Of a stretch of DNA of 64,000 nt, positions 1 through 8,681 are shown in pieces. The stretch lies in contig JACQVQ010000006.1 in NCBI GenBank assembly GCA_016209685.1, positions 3,184 through 67,183 on the forward strand. The letters run 5' to 3'. The position numbers and the translations under genes were made by a program. This DNA comes from Planctomycetota bacterium. Its GTDB lineage: Bacteria > Planctomycetota > Brocadiia > Brocadiales > Bathyanammoxibiaceae. How positions within the stretch are numbered: position 1 is the first letter of the stretch; each line of letters opens with the position of its first letter. Below the pieces are notes generated by a model that was not told the DNA's origin, made no database searches, and saw nothing but the letters and a program-made list of their open reading frames with translations.

Positions 1-1
1 G

Positions 2-295
2 GTGTTCAGCGGGGCCTTGCCATTTTACAACCCCGCGTCTCTGGCGGCAGAGGAGCTAGAAAAGGTTCATATGGACATAGAAGGTATGACCTGCGATGGT
101 TGTGCTGAAGAAATCAAGGCTAAACTGAGTGAACTGCCGGAAGTAGAGGAGGGCACTATCAGCTGGAAGAAGGGCACTGCGGATGTCAAAGTTAATAAAG
201 GTTCAGACCACAAGGCCCTTACTAAAGCCGTTGAAGATGCCGGGTTTAAGGTTACCTCTTTGGAATGTGAGTGCAAGGGCAAAGGCTCGAAGTAA
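2..295 (+). CDS. Heavy-metal-associated (HMA, MerP/CopZ-like) domain protein; 5' end outside the window
   Basis: The ORF is open to the window edge. It has a GMTCDGC metal-binding loop, an HMA-like remainder and a CECKGKGSK tail. It is a paralog of 488..835, and the pre-domain segment PFYNPASLAAEELE matches PFCTPASLAAEELE. Confidence 0.8.
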   Translation: MFSGALPFYNPASLAAEELEKVHMDIEGMTCDGCAEEIKAKLSELPEVEEGTISWKKGTADVKVNKGSDHKALTKAVEDAGFKVTSLECECKGKGSK

Positions 296-318
296 CATAA
301 ATACCTGGGCATGGGTAG

Positions 319-474
319 TCAAAGCTGTCTTGTCCCAGGTACCTTGGAGTAAAAGGGGACAATGTAAACTTGAAGAATGGCACCGCCCTGGTCAAGGTCA
401 AAAAAGGTTCAGCCCGCGGGGCTCTTGCGGCGGTTGTGGAAAACGCCGGTTTTACAGTCACATCTATAAAGTAA
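319..474 (+). pseudogene. Truncated HMA-domain remnant (C-terminal half only)
   Basis: Frame 1 reads ...LGVKGDNVNLKNGTALVKVKKGSARGALAAVVENAGFTVTSIK*, which aligns with the C-terminal half of both flanking HMA proteins. There is no GMTCxxC loop and no start codon, and an in-frame TAG sits at 316..318. Confidence 0.5.
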
Positions 475-487
475 AGGAGAAAGAGAG

Positions 488-835
488 ATGAAAACGGTTG
501 GAAAGGTATTGGTTCTTACCCTTGCAGTGTCACTGGTGGGAATGGTGTCTGGCGGGGTCCTGCCATTTTGCACCCCCGCATCCCTGGCGGCAGAGGAGCT
601 GGAACAGGTCCATATGAAGGTGAACGGTATGACCTGCGGTGCTTGTGCGGCCAAAATCAAGTCTAATCTGACCAAGCTACCTGAGGTAAAAGAGGCCGAC
701 GTAAACTCTAATAAGGGGACTGCAGATATTAGAGTTGCAAAAGGCTCAAACCACATGGCCCTTGCGAAAGCCGTGCAAGATGCAGGTTTTACAGTCTCCT
801 CCGTTGAGTGCGAATGTAATAAGGGCAAGAAATAG
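488..835 (+). CDS. Secreted HMA (MerP/CopZ-like) metal-binding protein
   Basis: The RBS aaaggaga lies upstream of the ATG. The N-terminal hydrophobic signal is VLVLTLAVSLVGMV. It has a GMTCGAC loop and a C-terminal CECNKGKK tail. Confidence 0.85.
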   Translation: MKTVGKVLVLTLAVSLVGMVSGGVLPFCTPASLAAEELEQVHMKVNGMTCGACAAKIKSNLTKLPEVKEADVNSNKGTADIRVAKGSNHMALAKAVQDAGFTVSSVECECNKGKK

Positions 836-840
836 CTTAA

Positions 841-938
841 ATATCCGGGCATGGGTAGCACCTCCAAAAGCACATTGCATCGCCTAACTTGTGGCTAGGC
901 ATGCTATCTTGATATACAGTGTTACCCATGCCTGATAT
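841..938. repeat. Long imperfect nested inverted repeat between the HMA gene and the DUF3179 gene
   Basis: ATATCCGGGCATGGGTA (841..857) pairs with TACCCATGCCTGATAT (923..938). An inner dyad is GCATCGCCTA / TAGGCATGC. The left arm AAATAYCYGGGCATGGGTAG also follows the first HMA gene at 299..318. Confidence 0.4.
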
Positions 939-975
939 TCCACGAGGCAGACTTTGTGAATGGGAGATGTAAAAA

Positions 976-2052
976 ATGCCTTTTGCCGCTGTAACAGTGT
1001 TGCTCACTTGCATCCTCGCATTCCCAGTCTGTTCCCAGGCCATCAGTATTGACCCCAAGGAGATATTATCTGTCGTACCTGAGGATGCCGTAAGGTCTAT
1101 AGACCACCCCAGATTTCTCCAACTGCCTGAGGCAGATGAGCAGATGTCGGATAAGGAGCCTGTCATAGGCATAAAGATAGGCAATGAAGCAAAGGCCTAT
1201 CCTGTTTACCTCCTTAGCGCCCACGAGATAGTCAACGACTCAATTGCTGGTACGGGCGTCGTTGTCACGTGGTGACCCCTCTGCTTTACTGGGGTGGTCT
1301 ACTCCAGAAATATAGACAGCGAAACGCTGGAGTTTGGAGTCTCAGGAAAGCTCTTATGGAATGCACTGCTCATGTTTGACCGCCAGACTCACTCCCTATG
1401 GACTCATATCACAGGGGAGGCCATATCCGGGAAGCTGAAGGGCAAGGCCTTAAAAGAGCTCCCTTCCACCCATACCACCTGGCAGGAGTGGAAAAAGGCG
1501 AACCCCACCACCCTTATATTGTCAAAGGACGATGGCAGTGGGAGGAGATACAATAAAGACCCTTACGAAGCCTATTACCAAGACCCATTAAAGATAGGGC
1601 TGACACCCCAAAAGCATCCGGACGTAAGAATACCCCCAAAGGATCAAGTGGTGGGAATCAAACTAGGAGAAGAGGCCAAAGCCTTTCCCTTTAGATACAT
1701 GGGCAATTTCTCAATAATTAATGACCGCCTTGGTGAGGTGAGAATCGTAGTAATCTACTCCAAAGGAAGAAAGACTGCCATAGTTTTTAATAGGACAGTA
1801 GATGGCAGGGACCTTTCCTTTGAGAAAGCGGAGGATGCTGGGGATTCCTATATGAGAGACAAAGAGACGAACACCCTATGGCTCGTCTTGACAGGTGAGG
1901 CGGTAGAGGGCGGACTCAAGGGCAAAAACCTTCAGCAAATACCCATCATGGTGTCGTTCTGGTTTGCCTGGATTGATTATTTTCCAGAGACAAAGGTCTT
2001 TCAAGACGCAGAACAATCCACACAAGATAACCTCCAAAACCTGGCAAGATGA
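976..2052 (+). CDS. DUF3179 family protein, predicted selenoprotein (in-frame UGA at 1273..1275 read as Sec)
   Basis: ORFs 976..1275 and 1294..2052 are in the same frame with no other stop between them. The joined sequence ...IAGTGVVVTW-U-PLCFTGVVYSRNIDSETLEFGVSGKLLWNALLMFDRQTHSLW puts UGA exactly where DUF3179 proteins carry the first Cys of their conserved CPLC motif. An N-terminal signal peptide is present and a hairpin follows the UGA. Confidence 0.8.
1289..1307 (+). promoter_or_regulatory. Candidate bacterial SECIS hairpin for UGA 1273
   Basis: CUGGGGU-GGUCU-ACUCCAG forms a 7-bp stem with a GGUCU loop, starting 13 nt after the UGA. As recalled, the loop resembles the E. coli fdhF SECIS apical loop. 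Confidence 0.55.
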
Positions 2053-2966
2053 AAGGAGCGGTCAGCGTGGAGCTATATATTAAGGTCCTTTTTGGTCTTT
2101 TTATTGTATTAAGTTGTGATGGAGTTGCCCTTGCTAGTGAGACAAGTTATGAAGAAATGCGTAGATTAACCCTCCTCTCCGACTCTTTGATACAGGAGAT
2201 TGAGGCATTGCGGGCAGAACTCAGGTTAGGAGGTGGGCTCCATCTTGAGACGGAGAGGGCTATTCAGAGTTGGGTTGATTGGGCTAGGTCAAACTTCAAT
2301 GCTGGCAACAAGCGGCTCGACCTATATAAGACCATAGATGTGCTGAGAGATAAGAAGCTGGCCCTAGAAAGGCTTCTTTCGGTACGAAATGGAACCATGG
2401 ACCTATCGGGGTTAATAGTAAGTGAGGAGGATATACTCCCTTATGAAGACCTTCATAACTTGCACATTGTCGATGGCATAATCTTGTCGGGGTCCCAACC
2501 TACAGAAAGCGGTTACAGATACCTCAAGAAAAAAGGTGTTACTACCGTGATAAACTGGCGAAGAGAGGATGACAGTGAGAAAAAAATGGTAACGGATTTA
2601 GGTCTCAAATATTATTATATCCCCATAACACCTGCCCATCCTCCTAGTGAAAAGCAGGTAGGAGAGTTTCTTCTAATAATTGAGGAGGTGCGGAGCAAGG
2701 GTGAAAAGTTGTATCATCACTGCTTGCATGGTGTGGGGAGATGTTTTACAGCGAACGCTGCTTATCTTATTATAAGCAGGGGAATGCCGGCAGAAGAGGC
2801 TATAAGGGAGGGCAAAAACCTGGCCAATTGCTGGCCTATAGAGCAAGAAGAAAAGTTGAAAGAGCAGGGGTTCCATTTGGGAGAATCTGGTTTATATTCC
2901 TTTACCCCCCAATTTGACTTCCTGCGTAACTTTGAGTTGTTGTTGTCTCGCAGAGGACTTCAATAA
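2049..2966 (+). CDS. Secreted or membrane-anchored protein with a C-terminal Cys-X5-Arg (PTP/DSP-fold) phosphatase-like domain
   Basis: The start overlaps the upstream stop (ATGA). The N-terminal hydrophobic segment is VLFGLFIVLSCDGVALA. The P-loop HCLHGVGRC fits the CX5R motif, preceded by GVTTVINWRRE...YYYIPI, typical of the tyrosine-phosphatase-like family. Confidence 0.6.
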   Translation: MKGAVSVELYIKVLFGLFIVLSCDGVALASETSYEEMRRLTLLSDSLIQEIEALRAELRLGGGLHLETERAIQSWVDWARSNFNAGNKRLDLYKTIDVLRDKKLALERLLSVRNGTMDLSGLIVSEEDILPYEDLHNLHIVDGIILSGSQPTESGYRYLKKKGVTTVINWRREDDSEKKMVTDLGLKYYYIPITPAHPPSEKQVGEFLLIIEEVRSKGEKLYHHCLHGVGRCFTANAAYLIISRGMPAEEAIREGKNLANCWPIEQEEKLKEQGFHLGESGLYSFTPQFDFLRNFELLLSRRGLQ

Positions 2967-3011
2967 GATCCTGTAGGTCTGAGTCTTATAAAATTTTTTT
3001 ACTGGCGCGCC

Positions 3012-5480
3012 ATGATATCAAGCCCAATAAAAGAGACCTCCATCCTTTACTCGCCTGATTACCATCGCTACAGCGTTGATAATTTAGCAATTCTACTTGA
3101 CCAGGAAGGCCCTAACTGGATAGGCGCCGATGCCCGTGGGGCAGAGATAATTGGCCTTCTTGATGGTAAAACCCCTTTAGGGGAGGTCGTCAGAACTTAT
3201 TCCTCAAGATACACGATGGAGAGCCCAAAGGCTTGGCTCCACGTCTATTCTTTTATAAGAGATGCCCTCAGACATCAGTTTGTATCTACTCAGCCTTTTC
3301 AAAGGGATAGTTACCCAGGCAGAGGTGCCTTCCTCTCTCTGAACGGGCTAAAAGAATTGTGGATTCATACCAACAACTCATGCAACCTTAGGTGCGCCCA
3401 TTGCCTGGTGGAGTCTTCTTCCTCCGGTGAATATGGGCTTTCTACTAGTGAACTGGCAGAGTTAATCCACCAGGCCAAGTCCCTGGGCGTTTCTCAGTTC
3501 TATTTCACAGGAGGAGAGCCTTTCCTAAGACCGGACCTCTTTCAGCTCTGCTCTTTCGCCATTGCCGGGGGGTCCAATGTAACCATTCTCACTAATGGTA
3601 CATTGATAAACAAAGAGACAGTAAAATGGCTAAATGCCCTTCCCCCAGGCTCAGTCAGGTTGCAGATAAGCCTGGACGGTTCTAAACCAGAGGTCAATGA
3701 CCCTATAAGGGGAAGGGGTAGCTTTGAAAGCATCCTTAGAGGCATCGGGGAGGCAGTACACGCAGGTCTTAGTCCCACTGTGGCTACAGTGCTTCTGCCA
3801 GAAAATTTGCATGACCTGCCAGAACTGCCAAGACTGCTCCACAATCTTGGTGTAACCACACATCACCTCCTTTACCCCCACCGAAGAGGGCGGGCCCTTC
3901 AAGCCCTGGGACAGCCCTCCATTGCGGAGCTGACAGAGGCCATATTTAGGGCAAGGGCGATGGCTTCGGAGTTAGGCCTAAGCATAGACAATTTTTCAGT
4001 CCTGGCTGACCGCCTCCATGCACCAAGATTTACCCAATTTGATTTAAGTACTGCCTGCTGGGATAGTCTCTGCGTCTATTCAAATGGAGAGGTTTATCCC
4101 TCCGCTGTATTCGCCGGCCATAAGGCCCTCTGTTGCGGCAATATAAGAGAGCGTTCGCTAGAGGAAATATGGCGCAGCAGTCCTACCTGTCAACTGGTAC
4201 GTTCTGCCACACTTCAGGATAAGTCCCACTGTCGGGCCTGTACTATTAAGTTCCTCTGTGGCGGTGGGGACATAGAATACGCCTACTTCGCCTCCCAGGC
4301 CAATCTCTTGGGTTTAGACCCTTACTGTGAGCTTTATAAAGAGATAATCTTCTGCCTGCTAAAGGAGTGGGTACAGGAGGCCCAAAGGAATTTAAATAGT
4401 GGTTCAAACCTCGATGCCCCCAGGGTCTATCTTGGTATGGGGGAGGGGGGTTTTTGCTGCCCGGAAGAAGCCACTCAGGCTGACGGGCCCTGGGTAAGGA
4501 CCATCCGCACTAATTGTACGGCCGGGCTGGATCGGGGACTCAAGCGCCAGGGACTACAGCAGTTCTATGCCCAGGCAGCAAAGCAACCTCAACAGGAACT
4601 CTGTTGCCCCTCCGCTTATCCCCCTGAGGAGACCCAACATGTCCCGCAGGAAGCCATAGAGAGGTTCTATGGATGTGGTGGCCCCCTGACCCTGGCGGGG
4701 TTGAGTCCGGGCGAGACCGTGCTTGACCTCGGCTCGGGAGCAGGCATGGATTGCTTTCTGGCCGCAAAAAAGGTGGGCCCTAATGGAAGGGTTTTCGGCC
4801 TGGACATGACGGATACCATGCTCCAGATATCTATGGAATACAAAGGCAAGGTCTCAGACAACTTGGGCTATGATGTAGTAAGGTTTATAAAGGGCTTCTT
4901 GGAGGAAATACCCTTTCGCTCAAGCTCGGCGGACCTGGTGATTTCCAACTGTGTAACAAACCTTTCTGCAGATAAAAGGAAGGTGTTTTCGGAGATATGG
5001 CGAGTGCTGAAAGACCAGGGCCGCTTTGTTATCTCAGACATTGTCTCAGAGACGGAGGTCCCCACCCGTTTTCGCTCCGACAAGCTCCTCTGGGGGCAAT
5101 GTCTGGCAGGGGCCCTTACGGAAGAAGAATTCCTCTGCTATCTTGAACAGGCGGGCTTCCGTGGCATTGAGATATTACATAGGCGCTACTGGAAGACGCT
5201 GGAGGGTTGCAGCTTTTTCTCCATTACCCTTCGTGGGTACAAACTTCAAGGGGCTGAACAGTGCTCCTACGATGGGCATGCGGCCATGTACTGTGGTCCC
5301 TTTAAGGCCGTGCTGGATGAAGAGGGCCACCTCTTCCCAAGGGGGGAAGCCGTTGAGGTGTGTACGGATACCGCAGAAAGACTCCAGAGGCCCCCTTATT
5401 CAAGGGCCTTTGTCATTTGCAGAACTGAACAACCTGAGGGCCCCCCCGCCAATTGTCATTCTCAGGAAAAGTGTTGCTAG
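3012..5480 (+). CDS. Fusion protein: PqqD/RRE-like N-domain + radical SAM core + SPASM domain + ArsM/AS3MT-type SAM-dependent As(III) methyltransferase domain
   Basis: A single 822-aa ORF with these motifs:
- PqqD-like: [34 protein letters not shown].
- Radical SAM: CNLRCAHC.
- SPASM: [14 protein letters not shown] plus a later DPYC.
- ArsM hallmarks: [43 protein letters not shown]. These match the human AS3MT motifs YYGCG, LDLGSGSGRDC, VVSNCVINL and LWGECLGGAL. Confidence 0.85.
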   Translation: MISSPIKETSILYSPDYHRYSVDNLAILLDQEGPNWIGADARGAEIIGLLDGKTPLGEVVRTYSSRYTMESPKAWLHVYSFIRDALRHQFVSTQPFQRDSYPGRGAFLSLNGLKELWIHTNNSCNLRCAHCLVESSSSGEYGLSTSELAELIHQAKSLGVSQFYFTGGEPFLRPDLFQLCSFAIAGGSNVTILTNGTLINKETVKWLNALPPGSVRLQISLDGSKPEVNDPIRGRGSFESILRGIGEAVHAGLSPTVATVLLPENLHDLPELPRLLHNLGVTTHHLLYPHRRGRALQALGQPSIAELTEAIFRARAMASELGLSIDNFSVLADRLHAPRFTQFDLSTACWDSLCVYSNGEVYPSAVFAGHKALCCGNIRERSLEEIWRSSPTCQLVRSATLQDKSHCRACTIKFLCGGGDIEYAYFASQANLLGLDPYCELYKEIIFCLLKEWVQEAQRNLNSGSNLDAPRVYLGMGEGGFCCPEEATQADGPWVRTIRTNCTAGLDRGLKRQGLQQFYAQAAKQPQQELCCPSAYPPEETQHVPQEAIERFYGCGGPLTLAGLSPGETVLDLGSGAGMDCFLAAKKVGPNGRVFGLDMTDTMLQISMEYKGKVSDNLGYDVVRFIKGFLEEIPFRSSSADLVISNCVTNLSADKRKVFSEIWRVLKDQGRFVISDIVSETEVPTRFRSDKLLWGQCLAGALTEEEFLCYLEQAGFRGIEILHRRYWKTLEGCSFFSITLRGYKLQGAEQCSYDGHAAMYCGPFKAVLDEEGHLFPRGEAVEVCTDTAERLQRPPYSRAFVICRTEQPEGPPANCHSQEKCC

Positions 5481-5667
5481 GTTTGTCATGGGTATAGTGT
5501 AAGAATGGTAAGGTCCTTTTCGCCAAGGCGGCGCCTATGGCGGTGGCCTGCGCAGGGGGCACGTTGTCCGCCTCAGGTTGAAAATCCGCCATCCCTTCGG
5601 TTTCGCTCAGGACAAGCTTTTGGGCGGGCGGATGCCCCGACACCTTAAAAAGAGAGGAGATATCCAG

Positions 5668-6156
5668 ATGCGCAACCTGTTTTCTGCCCTTTGTGTTTCG
5701 GTCCTTCTTTTATCGCTTTTTCTATCAGCTCCAGTGGAAGGACAAGAGGTTAAGACAATCGGTCTTAAGGAGTTTAATGCCCTTCTGGCAGCCAGCAAGG
5801 GAAAGGTAGTGGTTCTGGACTTCTGGGCTACTTTCTGACCCTCCTGCCGGAGGGCGGTGCCCTTCCTAAACCAGATGTACGAGACGTACAAAGGCCAAGG
5901 TTTTGAAATAATTGCCCTTTCCATAGAGGGAAGTAACGTAGAGGGAGTAAGAGCCTTTTCAAAGAAGGCAGGGATAAAGTATCCCGTCTTTATGGCAGAA
6001 GTAGACCTTCTGGAGAAGTACGGTATCCAGTACATCCCTCACCACGTCTTTATAGACAAGAAGGGGACACAGAGGCACGAAGAGACGGGCTTTTCTGAGG
6101 CAGGCGGGACGGCGTTTGAGACGAGGATTAAGGAGTTACTGAAGGAAGGTGGTTGA
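5668..6156 (+). CDS. Secreted TlpA/ResA-like thioredoxin-fold protein, predicted selenoprotein (UGA 5836..5838 as Sec; U-P-S-C redox motif)
   Basis: The RBS agaggaga lies before the ATG at 5668. The signal peptide is MRNLFSALCVSVLLLSLFLSAPVEG. ORFs 5578..5838 and 5857..6156 share a frame. The joined sequence VVVLDFWATF-U-PSCRRAVPFLNQMY matches the FWATWCPPC region of TlpA-like proteins, with UGA at the first Cys. Confidence 0.8.
5849..5865 (+). promoter_or_regulatory. Candidate SECIS hairpin for UGA 5836
   Basis: GGAGGGC-GGU-GCCCUUC forms a 7-bp stem (one G-U pair) with a GGU loop, starting 10 nt after the UGA. It is identical in the paralog at 9626..9642. Confidence 0.6.
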
Positions 6157-6184
6157 TTTTTTGTATTGTATAGGGAAGGGATAG

Positions 6185-6799
6185 ATGACTCTGGCAAAGA
6201 ACCTCTTAATATTTGTCAAGTATCCCACCCCAGGAAAGGTCAAGACCCGCCTGGGTAGGGCGCTTGGCCCTGAGACAGCGGCCAGTCTCTACCGCAGTAT
6301 GGCAGAGGGTATCATAAAAAGATTGGCCCCGCTAACACGTCACTACTTTGATACCACCATCTTTTATCACCCTCCAGAGAAGGCCTTAGGGTTCAATGCC
6401 TGGTTAGGGCCAGACCTTTCCTACGCCCCCCAACAAGGCAAAGATTTGGGAGAGAGGATGTACAATGCCTTCTTGGCTACCTACCCAAGCCGGACGGTGC
6501 TTATAGGGAGTGATTGTCCGGAAATTACTGTAGAGATAATCCTCCAGGCCTTTCAAGCCCTTGAAAGTTATGATGCAGTCATTGGCCCGGCTATAGACGG
6601 CGGGTATTACCTCATAGGTCTTTCCCATCCTAGGGCTGAGCTATTTCAGGGCGTAGATTGGGGCACCGAAAAGGTCTTTCATCAAACCACCCAAAAGGTG
6701 CAAGCACTTCAACTTTCCTGCCACATTCTACCAACCCTGAGAGATGTAGACGCCCCGGAGGACATTCATGTCTTTTTACCATATCTAACAAGTGGGTGA
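6185..6799 (+). CDS. DUF2064 / TIGR04282-like nucleotidyl- or glycosyltransferase-fold protein (the family annotated as arsenosugar-biosynthesis associated)
   Basis: The N-terminus LLIFVKYPTPGKVKTRLGRALGPETAASLY and the later GSDCPEIT...VIGPAIDGGYYLIGL...VDWGTEKV match my memory of the DUF2064 consensus. Confidence 0.7.
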   Translation: MTLAKNLLIFVKYPTPGKVKTRLGRALGPETAASLYRSMAEGIIKRLAPLTRHYFDTTIFYHPPEKALGFNAWLGPDLSYAPQQGKDLGERMYNAFLATYPSRTVLIGSDCPEITVEIILQAFQALESYDAVIGPAIDGGYYLIGLSHPRAELFQGVDWGTEKVFHQTTQKVQALQLSCHILPTLRDVDAPEDIHVFLPYLTSG

Positions 6800-6897
6800 A
6801 ATTTCAGGCTAACAGGTTTCGAAGGAGTGGGCACGGAAACAGGTGCTATGGGTAGAAATACGCAAAATAGCTTAACATATACAACAATAAGAAACTG

Positions 6898-7728
6898 ATG
6901 TTCACATCTATAAGAATATTTCTAGTTATAACAATACTGCTTCTTTCCCTACCTTCAGAGCAGACATTGGCTCAATACAATGGACGATACGCTTCTAGAT
7001 ATCCTGAAGATTTTTTCAACCCTGGTGGCACAGAGGTAAACTTTAACCCCTCAATACACCAAAAAATAGGCATATTAATACAGAATCGCACTAGACTCTC
7101 GCTTTCTGAGATTGCCCACATGATATTCAAAACCGCCCCCCTTGACCGTTATAAGCGGTTTTTCTACCTTCGTATTGAGGAGGAATTCAGGGAGGATATT
7201 GCAAACAACACTATTCTTTCCACTAGGGCCTATGACTATAGCGGTAGAGCAATACCTAGGGGACTGCCTCTCTCAGAAGGACAGGGCTCTTTCAACCTGG
7301 TCTTTCTCCGGTTCAGTTTGAGGGAGGTGATCCGTTGCAGTTGCAAGGGAGTAACCATTCAAACCAACCAGGGCAATTTCGCCTATGTCGGAGAGGATTC
7401 TATACTGCACGAGGTCGGACACGCTTTTGCAGGGCTTGCTGATGAATACTCCGACCCCCGTGCAAGTGATTTTACTGCGGTAAATCTTGAAGACAGGCAT
7501 GCCCATAAGCTGAAATGGAGTGGACTGATAGAAAAGGGGTTCCTCCCCAATAGAAAGATTGAAAGAAGGGAGATAGTGGGTGGTATAGACAGAGGGAGGT
7601 TCTTGATACCCTCAAACAATTGTTACATGAACAACCATCAAAATGATGACCGCTACTGTCCGGTATGCCAGCTTGCTATAATTAGTAGGATTTCTCAATT
7701 GTCCGGTGTAACTCCTCCATGGCAATAA
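6898..7728 (+). CDS. Secreted HExxH protein with a peptidase M64-like motif
   Basis: The signal peptide is IFLVITILLLSLPSEQTLA. The motif HEVGHAFAGLADEY resembles the HExGHsFggLaDEY signature of M64 (IgA-peptidase-like) proteins. It has a C-terminal CPVCQ. At 276 aa it is shorter than typical M64 enzymes. Confidence 0.5.
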   Translation: MFTSIRIFLVITILLLSLPSEQTLAQYNGRYASRYPEDFFNPGGTEVNFNPSIHQKIGILIQNRTRLSLSEIAHMIFKTAPLDRYKRFFYLRIEEEFREDIANNTILSTRAYDYSGRAIPRGLPLSEGQGSFNLVFLRFSLREVIRCSCKGVTIQTNQGNFAYVGEDSILHEVGHAFAGLADEYSDPRASDFTAVNLEDRHAHKLKWSGLIEKGFLPNRKIERREIVGGIDRGRFLIPSNNCYMNNHQNDDRYCPVCQLAIISRISQLSGVTPPWQ

Positions 7729-7740
7729 GTACTTAGTTTA

Positions 7741-8556
7741 ATGGGAGATATGAGAGTGCACATAAACATCCTTCATTCACTGTTTATCTTTTTAGTATTT
7801 TACTTTTGGTCGTTAACGGCGCCCTGTGAGGGGCAGGAAACAGGTCTCAAAGGAGTGAACATGGATGTTGGATATGAGTTATACGGCCAGGTATTGCAGA
7901 AATACGTGAAAGATGGCACGGTGGCTTATCTGGCCCTAAGGGCTTCTCCCGAAGAACTGGATAAATACCTGTCCTGGTTAGCCCATACAGACCCAGATGC
8001 ACTAGGAACCACCGAGGAAAGACTGTCCTTCTGGATTAACGCCTACAATGCCTTTGTCCTTAAGGGAGTTTTAGACACCCTTCCTGAAAGACCTGCGGAC
8101 ATGGCAGGTTATAGTGTCAAGAAGGTTAAGGGCTTTTTTACTCATAGAAAATTTGTAGTGGGTGGAAGGTCTTATTCACTAGACGATATAGAAAACGATG
8201 TCCTCAGGAGTATGTTTAAAGACCCACGAGTGCACTTTTCCATAGTATGTGCCTCCGAGAGTTGCCCGGTACTGCAAAGCAAGGCCTTCCGTGCTGGGGA
8301 TATCCAAAGCCGTCTAGATGAGGCGACAAAGAGGTTCTTTGCTAGCGAAAACAGATTCAAAATAGACCGCGAAAATAAAGTAGTCTACCTCTCGCCGATA
8401 TTCCGATGGTTTAAGAAAGATTTTGAACAGGCCAAAGGGTCTCTTTACGACTTTATTGCAGACTATCTGGAGAACGAGGAAGACAGGGCCTTCATCAAAA
8501 AGGGAGACTTTACAATAGAGTATCTGGAGTACGACTGGAGCCTGAATATCAGATAG
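7741..8556 (+). CDS. DUF547 domain protein (secreted)
   Basis: FWINAYNAFVL ... VVGGRSYSLDDIENDVLR ... DPRVHFSIVCASESCPVL matches the DUF547 consensus as recalled. An N-terminal hydrophobic signal is present. Confidence 0.75.
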   Translation: MGDMRVHINILHSLFIFLVFYFWSLTAPCEGQETGLKGVNMDVGYELYGQVLQKYVKDGTVAYLALRASPEELDKYLSWLAHTDPDALGTTEERLSFWINAYNAFVLKGVLDTLPERPADMAGYSVKKVKGFFTHRKFVVGGRSYSLDDIENDVLRSMFKDPRVHFSIVCASESCPVLQSKAFRAGDIQSRLDEATKRFFASENRFKIDRENKVVYLSPIFRWFKKDFEQAKGSLYDFIADYLENEEDRAFIKKGDFTIEYLEYDWSLNIR

Positions 8557-8681
8557 AGACACCAGAAGAGATGCAGACAATTAAAATTATATTACTATGT
8601 ACTGCCCACTCTACTAGACTGAAGAAGTCCCTGAGGACCTATATGCCCTCTGGCCCGATACGATAAAGGAGCTAGATTTAC

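Noticed and set aside
1273-1275. Alternative reading of the three in-frame TGAs (1273, 5836, 9613) as genuine stops, which would make these split or decayed genes.
   Set aside because: All three fall on the first Cys of a CxxC-type motif in two unrelated families. The downstream halves stay open and conserved. Each TGA is followed at 10-13 nt by a stable hairpin with a GGU-containing loop. Independent pseudogenisation at that exact codon three times is unlikely. The call still needs the genome's selABCD genes for confirmation.
5578-5667. N-terminal extension of the Sec-TlpA ORF (MKIRHPFGFAQDKLLGGRMPRHLKKRGDIQ).
   Set aside because: It is encoded by palindromic repeat sequence (CCGCC...GGCGGGCGG). 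A better start with an RBS and an immediately following signal peptide exists at 5668.
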